Below, piece by piece: positions 40,251-52,962 of a stretch of DNA of 64,000 bases. The notes below the pieces were generated by a model. That model did no database searches. It saw nothing but the letters and a program-made list of their open reading frames with translations, and was not told the origin of the DNA. The position numbers and the translations under genes are program-made. Position 1 is the stretch's first letter; each line of letters opens with the position of its first letter. Source of the DNA: Eledone cirrhosa (Eukaryota); NCBI GenBank assembly GCA_964016885.1, contig OZ024745.1, positions 132,308,001-132,372,000 of the forward strand. Direction: 5' to 3'.

Positions 40251-41269
40251 TGTATGCATATCTGTGTGTGCATATGCGTATATGCGTGTGTATATGCGTG
40301 GATTTTAGTCTTCACATTTATTATTATTACTATATATATATATATATATATACATAAAATAATATCAAATATTGATTCGTATTTTTAGTCAGACTGAATA
40401 TTCCTCCACGGTATAAAGCGGGTTTAACCAGTACAACAATATTTTTAACTCCATCAAAATATCAAGTGAATAATTGGATTTTCCCTTTTGAAGCACAGCA
40501 GCCATCCTTGAATACATATCTAAGTATACGCTACAGTCTATTTTGCGAGCTATCTCTAGAATACCAAACAATCTATCCCATTGCTTCATACAGTTAATTA
40601 AACTCTGTGGAAGTTTTGTAAAGTTATTTAAGCAGTTGATATTTTACTTCTGAAATTTTGTATATTTTGAGTTATAAGTTGGGCTGCGATGACTGAGGAA
40701 GTAGAGACTATGACTGGATGTTTTTGCAGCATGGAACTATTTTGCTGCTTCACCGTTCATTTGTATTTTCAATCCTTGGAAATCGATAAATATGAGAGAT
40801 AAGGGAAACAGAAATACGTTACTCTGCATTGATAGAATGTTTACTATCACCAATGATATTTATTTCTTGTCGGCATAATACATTAACCTATTTATCATTT
40901 TACTTTTTACTTGCTTAAAAAGTTAAGTAATTATACATAAACACACGCACACACGCACATGTACACACACATATACACATACACATACACACGCACACCC
41001 ACACACATACACACACACACGTACACACACACCCATACATATACACGCACGCACACACACACACATACACGCACATACACGCACACACATACACATACAC
41101 GCACATACACGCACACACACACGCACACACACACAACACTCTTTCATTCAAAAGAAGGAATCAGTTCTAGACCTGTAGAAGCTAATAATATATTAAACTT
41201 GATGTTTACACTCTACTAATAAATTGAGTACCTTGCTAACTGGGGTCAGCCCCGATTGAACTCGGGACT

Positions 41270-41309
<40 letters not shown>

Positions 41310-41362
41310 GATATATATATAGAGTGTAGGTAGTTTAGTAAACGAAACTTCCTCGTTTTTTC

Positions 41363-41405
<43 letters not shown>

Positions 41406-41451
41406 TAACAGATTAAAGTTTAAACAAAGAATTGCTGCTTTCACCCTTAAC

Positions 41452-41524
<73 letters not shown>

Positions 41525-41527
<3 letters not shown>

Positions 41528-41680
41528 AAAGGTAATAAGCAGAAATAACAAAGCAAAAGTTTACACAAGGAATATATTATTAGTTTTACGCTTGATATAG
41601 TAGAAACAGTTTCTTCATGTTTTGGACGCTAGTCCTTCATCAGAAAATTGAATGACGATTTAAAGAAGAATTAGAAAGAT
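41525..41680 (-). mobile_element. Probable Penelope-like terminal remnant with degenerate hammerhead motif, next to (TA)n
   Basis: Minus strand CTGATGA-A-GGAC-TAGC-GTCC-AAAAC (GAAAC mutated) at 41616-41643. Confidence 0.5.
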
Positions 41681-41786
41681 GCGGGAGAATGTGCAGTGGT
41701 AGAAACGAAAAAAAGTGTCTTAGAGAAAAAGACAGGTCTATTCACGTTGTATCTCTCTCCTTCTCTCTCTCTCCCTCTTTCTTATA

Positions 41787-41829
<43 letters not shown>

Positions 41830-42449
41830 TCAACCAAAAGTGTTAACACTCGTAGAATCCCGCATGCGTAGTGAAAGTGATAATATTTAGAAAACAAACA
41901 TATGTCCAGTTGGACACTGCATTTATCCCTGTTAAAAGCAACGTACGGAAGACACCGAAGCGGAGTTGTTGACTCACTATAAAAGCAAAAATGTTATTTT
42001 ATACAATGTGATGTTATGTCATTACCAGTCAGCGATGTTGCAAGCATCCAAAAAATGTGCCCTCTTTGAGGATAACGTTCACCCATTGTCCGAACAGTCT
42101 CAGAGGTTCTGAAAGTCTTGACCTCTGCTCCGAATAAAAGAAAAGTACAACAAAAGTAGGCTAATGACTACAGGCAAGTTCGTTAAATAATAAATATAAT
42201 GCAATGACTAAGAACTCATAATATGTAGATTAAAGAAACTCAGAGGCCTATTACAACTGCTACACTTTCTGTGTAATTGCAATGTTTTGTTACATCGGTT
42301 GAGAGACACACAATGGTAATAGATCGATGTCTCGACTAAGTAGATTTCACACATATATTTTATTTTATCTATTAAAGTAATAGTAAAGTCGATCAGGGTG
42401 AAATTCGATCACAGAATATGGATAGTCAAAATTAAATAAATACTAACTT

Positions 42450-42645
42450 TTAAATATTGGCCAATAAATTTTTTGGAGAATGAAAAGTCGATTAAACAGA
42501 TTCCAGTGCATTACTGCTACTTTTTTTTATCGACTCTGTAAGGATGAAAGGCAAAGCTAACTTCACCAGGATTTGAACCTAGATCGTAAAGGGCCACTGA
42601 GCATTTTATCCGACGCTCTACCGGTACTGCCAATCGACCGCCCTC
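42450..42645 (-). mobile_element. SINE family A, diverged copy
   Basis: TTTATCGACTCTGTAAGGATGAAAGGCAAAGCTAACTTC...GGATTTGAAC. Confidence 0.75.
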
Positions 42646-43317
42646 ACTAAATTCTGAATTTCGCATCTAAAAAAATATACTACAAAAAATATCAGCAATG
42701 ACATCACCCAAATGACTTTGATACTCCATTTCTTTTTACAGTTGAAAATCCCATGAATCTATTATCCTGCTCCAGTCAACGTATGTTTCGTTTTAACTAT
42801 GGAACTAAATTACGCAAGACATAATTTATTAAACACATAACATTTATATTGTTGCTAATAACATACAGATAACATTTATATCCTTCTGATGACTATGGAA
42901 CTAAATTGAAGATATAATCTATTAGAGATATATAATTCATATTATTCAAATTGTCTGTAACACATTTGAGTGATTAATAAATATATATCATATATACTGG
43001 TAGAATGATTAAAGTGCGGCAAAATTTACTTTACCGTCTCTCCGGTTTCTGGTGTTCTGAGTTTGAATCCCACTGGTGTCAACATCTTCTTCATTCCGTC
43101 GGAGTTAATGAATAAAGAATCAGACTGGTGGGCCGGCAATTTTGTTAGATCATTGAACGGGACATTTTGAGAGATTTGTTCCGGCACCGCGTTCTGAATT
43201 CAAATCCCGGTGTAACACCTCTACTTGGCAATTGGGTGACTTGAGCCTACTCCACTCTGAAACAAACACATATAACATATTCAGGTTAATAAATTTTTCT
43301 TTCCTTCTCATCACTTG

Positions 43318-43460
43318 TGAAGGCGCATGGCTTAGTGGTTAGAGCATTGGGCTTGTAATCGAAAGGTTGTGAGTTCAATTCTCGGACCGGGTGATGTGTT
43401 GTTTCCTTGAGTAAGACACTTTATTTCACGTTGCTCCAGTTTGCTCAGCTATAGAAATGA
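43318..43460 (+). mobile_element. tRNA-derived SINE (family B-like head and central domain)
   Basis: TGGCTTAGTGG A-box, GAGTTCAATTC B-box, then TCCTTGAGTAAGACACTTTATTTCACGTTGCTCCAG. Confidence 0.8.
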
Positions 43461-43749
43461 GATGATAGGATTGGGGTCTCTATCATTAAATCACCCAAGA
43501 TACCTCCTACGAGATATACCTTGGAGGAGGCCGGCTAAACCTCCATAGGTGTGAGCTGTCACACACACACACTTGGAGGAAACTCGTTCAATAATTAGTA
43601 TAACTGACAGAGTGCAATAAATTGTATTATAGTAATTAGTTTAGATCTTGTTAGTTTTTCAGATCAAACTCTCACAGAAGAGGACTTTTTGCGACCACAT
43701 GGGGTCGATAAATTATTTAATAGTATTATATATTTATGAAAGGTCTAAA

Positions 43750-44008
43750 GTCTGTCTCAAACCAGAAGGCTCGCCAGGCTTGTGCTTATCTCTGTTTCAG
43801 GGCATGAAGCGACTGAGAGTTCAAGACTCCCCACTGACAGAGTTAAATCCTCAGCTATTGCTGGTACTCATGTTTAGCTTAGTATACTGGAGCAACGTGA
43901 AATAAAGTGTTTTGCTCAAGAACACAACATACAACCCAGTCTAGGAATCGAACCCATGACATTATGATTGTAAGTCCACCACCCTTACCACTAGGCCACG
44001 CGCCTCCA
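43750..44008 (-). mobile_element. tRNA-derived SINE, inverted relative to the 43318 copy
   Basis: CTGGAGCAACGTGAAATAAAGTGT.TTGCTCAAG...GGAATCGAACC...ACCACTAGGCCACGCGCCT. Confidence 0.8.
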
Positions 44009-44669
44009 CAAGCATTACATGAGGATAGGTTATTCTACCTCTTACAAATATATGACTAGCCAATATAAGAAATTCTAAAGAAAATGCGACTTTGGCAGAA
44101 TCAGTAGAGCGATGATAACACCTCTTTGCAGCTGTTATGTCACATGTTTTGTGTTCAAATATCAGCAAGAACAACTTTCATTGGATGCCAATAAAATATG
44201 TCCTCTGTCTCATTCTTGTCAGAAATCAATATTGTATCGTTATTACGGCACCATGTTTTATTAATAGATCTATAACAGAGATCTATAGCAAGCGAATACT
44301 TTGATAAGTGACTCGAAAATGGAAAGATTGCCTTTCTAAATATCTCTTCTTAATATATCGTAATTTCCTTTATGGTGGTGGGTCGGCAGAATCAGTAGAG
44401 TTTCCGATAAAATGCCATTTTCGAATATCGCCGAATTCAAATTTGTCTTCCGAGATCTAGTGATGTAGTGTAGTGGATCTAATCAACTTTGCCCTTCCCC
44501 CAAATTTCCTTGCCTTATGTCGAAATTAGAAGTAAATATATGGTATATTGTTGTGTTACATGGTAAACTAGTTGAGGAGGTTCTTGGTATTGTTTAGTTA
44601 GTATTTAGAATTGTTGTTTTTCAGGTTATTAGAGTTGTTATACTTAATGATGTAGCTGATGATTGTTGT

Positions 44670-45131
44670 GTGTTATACTGTTGTATGTTATAATCTATGT
44701 TATACTGTTGTATGTTATACTGTTGTATGTTATACTGTTGTATGTTATACTGTTGCATGTTATACTGTTGTATGTTATACTCTATGTTATACTGTATGTT
44801 ATACTGTTGTATGTTATACTGTTGTATGTTATACTGTATGTTATACTGTTGTATGTTATACTCTATGTTATACTGTATGTTATACTGTTGTATGTTATAC
44901 TGTTGTATGTTATACTGTTGTATGTTATACTCTATGTTATACTGTTGTATGTTATACTGTATGTTATACTGTATGTTATACTGTTGTATGTTATACTGTA
45001 TGTTATACTCTATGTTATACTGTTGTATGTTATACTGTATGTTATACTGTTGTATATTATACTGTATGTTATACTGTTCTATGTTATACTGTGGTATATT
45101 ATACTGTATGGTATACTGTTGTATGTTATAC
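44670..45131. repeat. Minisatellite of 12- and 15-bp variant units
   Basis: TGTTATACTGTTGTA, TGTTATACTGTA and TGTTATACTCTA interspersed. Confidence 0.95.
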
Positions 45132-45364
45132 TTAGTGAGATGGAAGTTAATAGAATAATAAGACATTATATCTGAAATAGTGTATATTTATTTGTCGCTG
45201 TAATGCTTTAACGCAATAAGATTTCTTGATTAAACCAGGCGTGTACAAAGACTAATTCAATAGATTTTATTACTACTGAACTAGTTTATGGATTTCTGTC
45301 TATAATTGTTTGCTTAATGCAGTGTTTTATAGAGTCTTTGTGTGGAAGCACATTACAGCTCAGA

Positions 45365-45480
45365 CATGACCAAACAGGTAAGAAGTTCGGTTCGCAATCA
45401 CGGGGTCCGAGGTTCAATCGCATTGCTTGCTATGATGGCTAAGTGTCTTTCAACATAGCAATGGGTTGACCCAAACCTAA
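45365..45480 (+). mobile_element. Degenerate tRNA-derived SINE (family C)
   Basis: GGTAAGAAGTTCG...GGTTCAATC...AAGTGTCTT..A.CATAGC. A related minus-strand copy lies at about 61335-61482. Confidence 0.55.
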
Positions 45481-47956
45481 TGAAAAGTGCCTATACAGAA
45501 CCTGTCTGGAATACCATCAAGTGGACTGTATGCGTAATTCAGGGGTATCTTTGTGACGTTCGTTCTTCCTGATAATAAGGTTGAGGGTACGCTGACCAGT
45601 GAAATGATAAGCAACTTATAGACTGATTCAATGGGTAAGCCGTCCCATTGTTTGAACAACGTGAACACATGTTGAAAGTTACAGAGATTCATTTTGTATT
45701 TTGTTTTTATGGTATTGTATTTCTATTGACGTAGATTACAGGATAAGCTAGTGTTTGAATGGCTTCCAATATAATCAGAATTCACATGGGCATTGGGTGA
45801 TGTTTCAATGACACAACTCATTTTATGTTTTCAATATTTTAATGTTCATATAACTGCTTGATTTGTTCCTCGTGGGAATTTAGTCTGTCTGATATTGTAA
45901 TGCCGCTATCGCAGACAAGTAAATTATGTCATAATCTTAAATAGACTTTAGATTGAGTAAAACACCGAAATTTCAAAACGTCTGATATGTTATTACGACA
46001 AATAGAGTCTTATTGAAAATAACTCCTTTGTTCACCACTTAACAATAAGAACTTCTCAAAATACATCCACATCAAACTTTGACATGAATAACTTTAATAT
46101 TTTCATTGGAAAAAATGTTGATAGTATCTTGTAATACGTAATCTATTTAGCTGTCTTTTCTTTTCAATTGCTTATGCCGGATCAACATTAATCCTGTTTT
46201 GAATGTGACCCTATCTAATCTGTTGGACTCAATTACGTTTCATATTGGCTGTCAAAAGTACTTAATTTTAAACTCTTCAAATTGCCTCTACTTAACTTCC
46301 GTAACATTTACGATCGTTTTATAATCTTTTTATCAGTTTCGACAGCGGAGAGTTGTATTCGATAAGTTAATGTCTTTATAAGAGAAATGTGATAATAGCG
46401 TTTAACTGACAAGATCTTTCTTAGTCTAATTGTACTGACTTATCTGTTTCTTTCTTAGACATGATTAATCTTTAATTTGGTAATCTAGCACAGAATTGTT
46501 TTAGTTTGAACATCTATATCCAATTAAAACTCTTTGGTCTTCATGTTCCTGGTTGTGTGCGAAGATGGCATTATTTATGTGTATCTATGTTATCAAACTT
46601 TATGTGCGACGTTTGTAATCTGTTCACATTCTGCTAGCTGCATAAATCTTACATCATTTACTTGACAATTGTTTGTTAATGGTGCGTAGCTGACATTAGT
46701 GTAAGTAAACACTTAATCTAATAAGCCAGGTCATAACTCCGGAACATAGTTCCATCTTTAAAGTTATAAATTTGTATTCTTTCCTCAAAGTATAAAACTG
46801 TAGAAATAGAAAACTGAAGAAATATAGATTGAATCTGATTAGACAGAAATGCAATTTTTGTAGTGGAACGATTGAATATCTTCTGAAAGTATTGAAAAAA
46901 AAAGTGACTGAATATTAAACATTTTCAATTCCGACCATTTATGTTTCTCCTGAAACGGCTCCATCATGATTTAAGAGATACTAGTTCTATTATCAGTTAT
47001 ACCGATGATCATGTATTATCACGCATTTTCTGCAAATTACACAGCAATTAACGTTGATATAATTGGTACCATTCAAGAACGACTGTCGATATAAGTCATT
47101 ATATTCCAGCCCCACCAAATTGAGGCCTTATGTTTATGCTAAAAGTTATTATTATCATGAATGGAAATTATAAACATGTTTCTAATTTCTATGGTCACTA
47201 ATGGTCACTAAAAGTAAGATATATATTGAGACTTGTACCGGACACTAACTATATATTAAGGTAGTTTAAAGACAATTTCTAGGGTTAAATACTATATTGT
47301 TTACACTGTGTAACACGAAATAAACTGTAAAATTGAGATGTGGTGTTGTTGGTAATCTTCTATAGTGGTTATAGTTAGTTATTGGTCAATAGCTGTTCCT
47401 TAAAGGCTACAATTAGCTTGTCTGTCGAGTCTGTAAAGCAACTTGACACAAACAATGAATGCATTGTATTTCGCAGTTGTGATGGTCCTGAGTATATTTA
47501 ATTAATGTCAGAGGAGGATAATTGGCATTCTGTTATATAACTGAACAAACCAAACTCTACTTATATCCTTTCTCAAGTTTTGAGCATCAACAGAAAGGTT
47601 TCGTATAGTTCAATGTATTATAGATCAAAATACACCTTCGAAAACTTGATTTATTATTAGAAAGATCTTCCTTATCAGAATGTTATGGAAAAACACATAT
47701 ATGGCAGAATTAAATATACTGATAAGACATTTATAATAAATAGTTATTTGATCAGCTAACAAGGGGGAGCATTCATGTAACTGACAGTAATTTGAAACTA
47801 GAGTTATCGATATAGTTCACATTCAATTTAGGTATAGAATTGCTGATACTCTAAGGATAGACAGGCTGCTGGTAAACATAGAATAATTGAAATTGTGGGG
47901 AGAGTTATGTAAAATATCGTGAACATAGTTGGGATGACAAGAGTTAGAGACGGGAG

Positions 47957-48220
47957 GACACCTGGTGGTGGTGGTACAGAGTTCGAGACACCTGGTGGTG
48001 GTGGTACAGAGTTAGAGACACCTGGTGGTGGTGGTGGTACAAAGGTAGAGACACCGGGTGGTGGTTGTACAGAGGTAGCGACACCTGGTGGTGGTGGTAC
48101 AGAGGTAGAGTCACCTGGTGCTGGTGGTGGTACAAAGGTAGAGACACCGGATGGTGGTTGTACAGAGGTAGCGACACCTGGTGGTGGTGGTACAGAGGTA
48201 GAGACACCTGGTGGTGGTTG
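47957..48220. repeat. 30/33-bp minisatellite, 9 units, open on both strands (TPGGGGTEVE on +, PPPPGVSTSV on -)
   Basis: GACACCTGGTGGTGGTGGTACAGAGGTAGA units; the minus frame 47828-48262 is stop-free. Confidence 0.9.
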
Positions 48221-50754
48221 TTTAGAGTCTGGTTGATCAAAGTAGAAGAAATCTTTGAAGAGTTAGAGCCGTAATTTAGAAGAAGAAATATGTGAGACAA
48301 TACTTGTAGCATGTCGCTTTCTTTCTAAGAGTCGGAGAATATATTTCAATGTGTCACATCAGAGACTAAACAGCTTCAATCGCAGTAGAAAAAAGCAGAA
48401 GCTTCATTACATTTACACAAGCTGATTATGGTTAAGGTTTTTAAATAATTATCTTAGCCAACGCTTAATATGAAAGCTAGTCTCTTGTTGTAAAAAGCAA
48501 GTTGACGGTCTATCGGAATCTATGTTGCACTTTGTACTCCATACAAATGTTGGCAGCCAGAAGAAATCAATACTGTTGTGTCATTAGGAAGAGTTTTCCT
48601 CTGAAACCTTTAAGTTTGACTAAACATAATCTTAATAAGAAGCTAAGTTTTGTTGTTTTCATTTACCTATTAACAGCGAAGGGTTAAGAATAGAAAATAC
48701 AACAGGATATTTTATACAATGTCTAAAGAGTCAGCAAATTCTGAGCCTTTACAACATATACCTCTCACATTAGTGCTAACACTGTAACATTAACGATTGT
48801 AGGTTTTGTGGCTTATACTGAGTTTAACGTGGCCCGAGAAGCATTCAGTTATGTGAGGGGGACTAGCCTTTAGTTCACTGCATCGAGGTCTCGACATATC
48901 AATGATTGTGACGTTCATACTTTAACTCTTATATAATCTTTGATATTCTTAATAAAACTGAATGTTTTAACAAATACTTATGTCCATTAACTGAGTGAAT
49001 ATAGCTAAGTCCTCCTTGTTGATTATCTGCAGCTGTTAGGTATATTCCTACATAGGTTAAATGCAACAATCTAGAATGATCCCCGTCATATTTCCTCTTA
49101 CTTTTAACCATATTACTTCCATTACAGCAGAACGATTTTCATGAATTCTAGAACCTTATAAATCACCAAAAATGATACAACATATAAATATACAGTAAAG
49201 TGTGTTGATAACGAATGGTAGATATTGTTACCAGCACCTCTCTGCATCATGGTGGAAATGCAATTTTTATTAGTCTGTTGGATCACTATTCGATATTATG
49301 TTCAGATGTAGTCAGTCGGGAAAGTGAATTTTCCTCCAATGACTGTTTAATGTCCATGTAGAATCCTTCTTGCTAACTCAGGTATATAATGCTGCCATTA
49401 GTTAGTTTGAGTTTATTTGTGGGGCTTAAACGGATTGAGAGTTGGTTAGTTTAGTAAGCCTGCTATATAAATTTAGTAGCACACGTGAAACGAAACATTC
49501 ATCTTTCAATTAGCTGACTGACGCCTATAACGATTCAATTACTTGCTACTCAATTCTGCTCGATTTATCTTTATTATGTGACAAATCCAATGATTTATAC
49601 TATTCTTACACCATCCTATGACAAACATTTTTATTATACATGATAAATCAAAATACGTATTTTGTTTTATTTTTTAAATAAATATAGACTATAGACACGG
49701 ACCAATAATACATCATTGTTAAAAATGAACAAGACATTATTACAAGTATAATGTGACGTTCATAATTGAACTGAAAGAAAGAGAGTTAAAGATGTGTTTG
49801 AATATACGAGACTCTAAAGACGGTGGAATTTCTGAAGAATGTTCATATGACATAAGCAGATTGTTGTTAATATTGATTGTTTAGCTTTGTTCATATTAAT
49901 TATAACTGCACCGAATTGTTGTCAAAATATAAATAGTTAAAATCAAAATATATACAGTTGGCCTCGGGAAGCAACAGACACACTCAATTCATTTTTATTT
50001 TTGACACATGTACAAAAGAAAGATATATTATATTACTGGTACTTAAAAAATTTGTTTAAATTTCTGAGATGAGGAGTTATCACTATTATAAATCGATTGA
50101 TTCGGACTAGTGATCTCTTGATTGTTACAATCACAATGGCTGTTTTACACCCGTTTTCTTCAGGTGCCTGTCGAATTCAGTAATACTTTTGGAAATTTGA
50201 ACGGAACCGTTTATACTAACAGCAGAAGTAGATTGTTTCTTATTTTATTATCCATACCCGGGACATCCTCCTGTTTTAATATAGAATATTCAAAGATACA
50301 CAATATTTTTCTTAATAGAGGGGTTAATCTCATCACCAACATGTAGACAAATGCATTTAACGATTATATTGAAAATACTATGGACAATGATAGAAATTAT
50401 GAGCCTTAAACCTAACGTTTGTCTGATTCTGACAATACCTTCTGTAAGCCTAGTATAAATACGAACCTTACACGTGAGCCTATAGTTATTATATATAAAT
50501 ATACATTACTTCGAACAGAACAAGCAAGCGACATTAAAAAGAGGTATTTAACTAATACGACGATACTCGGGGCATATATAATGAAGGGAAAGCAATCTAC
50601 TTCTGTTTTGATAAACGATTTAGCTTCAAATTTTCTGAACATTTCCCAATGCGAAAAGTATCTGAAGTAGCCAAGATGCTATTACAGAAGACATTTTGTG
50701 ATTATAGCAACCAAGATTAACACACTTGTTCAAATAAATCAATTTGTAATAACT

Positions 50755-51035
50755 TTTTCTGCTTTTGCCACAAGCTAAGCAATTTGAAGGGGAGGGGAAA
50801 GTCGATTGATTCGACCCCAGTGTGTTACTGGTACTTTATTTTATCGACTCCGTAAAAATGAAAGGCAAAGTTAACCTCGGCGAGATTTGAACTCAGAACA
50901 TAAAGGCATGTAACCGCAATTTATAGTAATGATTTCTACTATAGGCACCAGACTAGCAATTTGGGGAGAGGAGAAATTCGATTAAATTGACTCCATTGCA
51001 TTACTGGTACTTTATTTTGATCGACTCCGTAAGGA
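50755..51035 (-). mobile_element. Two adjacent SINE family A copies (second truncated)
   Basis: Cores at about 50825 and 51000. Confidence 0.8.
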
Positions 51036-52059
51036 CGTATGCATGGGTGACTGCGGCTCTTCTACAAACACAGCTTGCCCGGACTAGTGTCTCTGAGGGG
51101 AACCTTCTAAGTGCAAATCCGATAGTCATTCGTGAAGGAAGGGTATCTTCACCCTTACCCATTATATTTTATCGAACAGGAAGAGTGTAAGTCAAGATTG
51201 ACCTTGTAACATAACGAACTGGAGAAAATACTTTCCTCGCCATCCTAAACAAATCAATGAAATAGAGGACTAAATATTGCAAGTTGTCTAAAACAATGTT
51301 TTGTCTGCGTTTTCTAAAGCCACTACACTAGCAACAGAATTAATAAAAGTTTAGTGAAATATTGCATTCCGAGTGTTTAGTCTTGGTATTTGAAATGGAA
51401 ATATCTTGGAAATACTGTTATTGTTTAAATATTGGAACTGAACGCAGGAAATCAATAACGTGGTTTATATGAAATGGAATTAAAGAATAAACATAATTTT
51501 TTGCACTGAAGATAACAAATTAAATTGTTGATATTTAAATTCTTAATAAGTCCTTGGTTTTTCTTTGGACTATATAGCTTGTTGTCTTGCAGCTAGAGAT
51601 GTTTCATTAAGCAGTGTATGTTAAATGTCTTTCGAGACTATACGTTTTTATGTTTTAGTGTGTGTGTGTGTGCTATTGTACTTAGATGCTAATATGTTTT
51701 AGTGTGTGTGTGTGTGCTATTGTACTTAGATGCTAATATGTGTGAGGAAGTGTGTGTATTAACATATCTCAGATAGTATGTTGTGGTAATATGTATGTTT
51801 AGTGAAAATAAGAGTGGAGAAGTTTGAGTGATTGCATATATGTGAATGTAGAAAATTAGAAAGTTACATATAGATATGTTAGTGTAAGTTAGTCCAAATA
51901 TATACTTATGGTTTGGTGTGTGACTGTCTATAATTATATGTACGGATCTAATAATTGTGTGTGGACTATTTCTGATTGTATGTGTACTGCAGACAGAAGA
52001 ATGTATTCGTTTGGTTATATGAAGCTCACTCGATAGTTGTAAGTGTTGGTACTGTGTGG

Positions 52060-52580
52060 GTCACTAGATAGCTGTAAGTGCTACTGTGTATGTCACTAGA
52101 TAGCTGTAAGTGTTCCTGTGTATGTCACTAGATAGTTGTAAGTGTTACTGTGTAGGTCACTAGATAGCTGTAAGTGTTACTGTATGTAGGTCACTAGATA
52201 TCTGTAAGTGTTACTGTGTAGGTCACTAGATAGCTGTAAGTGTTACTGTATGTAGGTCACTAGATAGCTGTAAGTGTTACTGTGTAGGTCACTAGAGAGC
52301 TGTAAGTGTTACTGTATGAAGGTCACAAGAGAGCTGTAAGTGTTACTGTATGAAGGTCACTAGATAGCTGTAAGTGTTACTGTATGTAGGTCACTAGATA
52401 GCTGTAAGTGTTACTGTGTAGGTCACTAGATAGCTGTAAGTGTTACTGTATGTAGGTCACTAGATAGCTGTAAGTGTTACTGTATGTAGATCACTAGATA
52501 GCTGTAAGTGTTACTGTATGTAGGTCACTAGATAGCTGTAAGTGTTACTGTGTAGGTCACTAGATATCTGTAAGTGTTGG
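52060..52580. repeat. Minisatellite, 32/34-bp unit, about 16 copies
   Basis: GTCACTAGATAGCTGTAAGTGTTACTGT(AT)GTAG. Confidence 0.95.
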
Positions 52581-52623
52581 TTACTGTGTGTATGTATGTA
52601 TGTTAAAAAAAAAGTACTATTTG

Positions 52624-52846
52624 GATGGCTGTTGACTCTGCTGAGTTCCTCCGTAGTGTTTTCGATACTCAGAGAGTAAGATTGGTCGATCGCAAGGCCT
52701 TTCACCACTTAAAAAACCTTCAAAGCACAGGCATTGCTTATTCAGGATATGTTACAGGTTCGTGTGGCTGGCCATAATCTAAAGGGGCACCAAACTCTAT
52801 AATCTGACAAGCGATTGCAGTACTCTTAGCAGAGTTTGCAGCCATC
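52624..52846. mobile_element. Candidate MITE-like element with imperfect TIRs of about 21 bp
   Basis: Left GATGGCTGTTGACTCTGCTGA versus reverse complement of right end GATGGCTGCAAACTCTGCTAA. Confidence 0.4.
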
Positions 52847-52879
<33 letters not shown>

Positions 52880-52962
52880 TGTATGTATGTATGTATGTAT
52901 GTATGTATGTATGTATGTATGTATGTATGTATCTATGTATATGTGTATGTATGTATGTATGT

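Noticed and set aside
43320-43392. tRNA gene (also 32547-32620 and 43935-44005)
   Set aside because: A and B boxes are present, but the acceptor stem does not close and the sequence runs into a SINE body.
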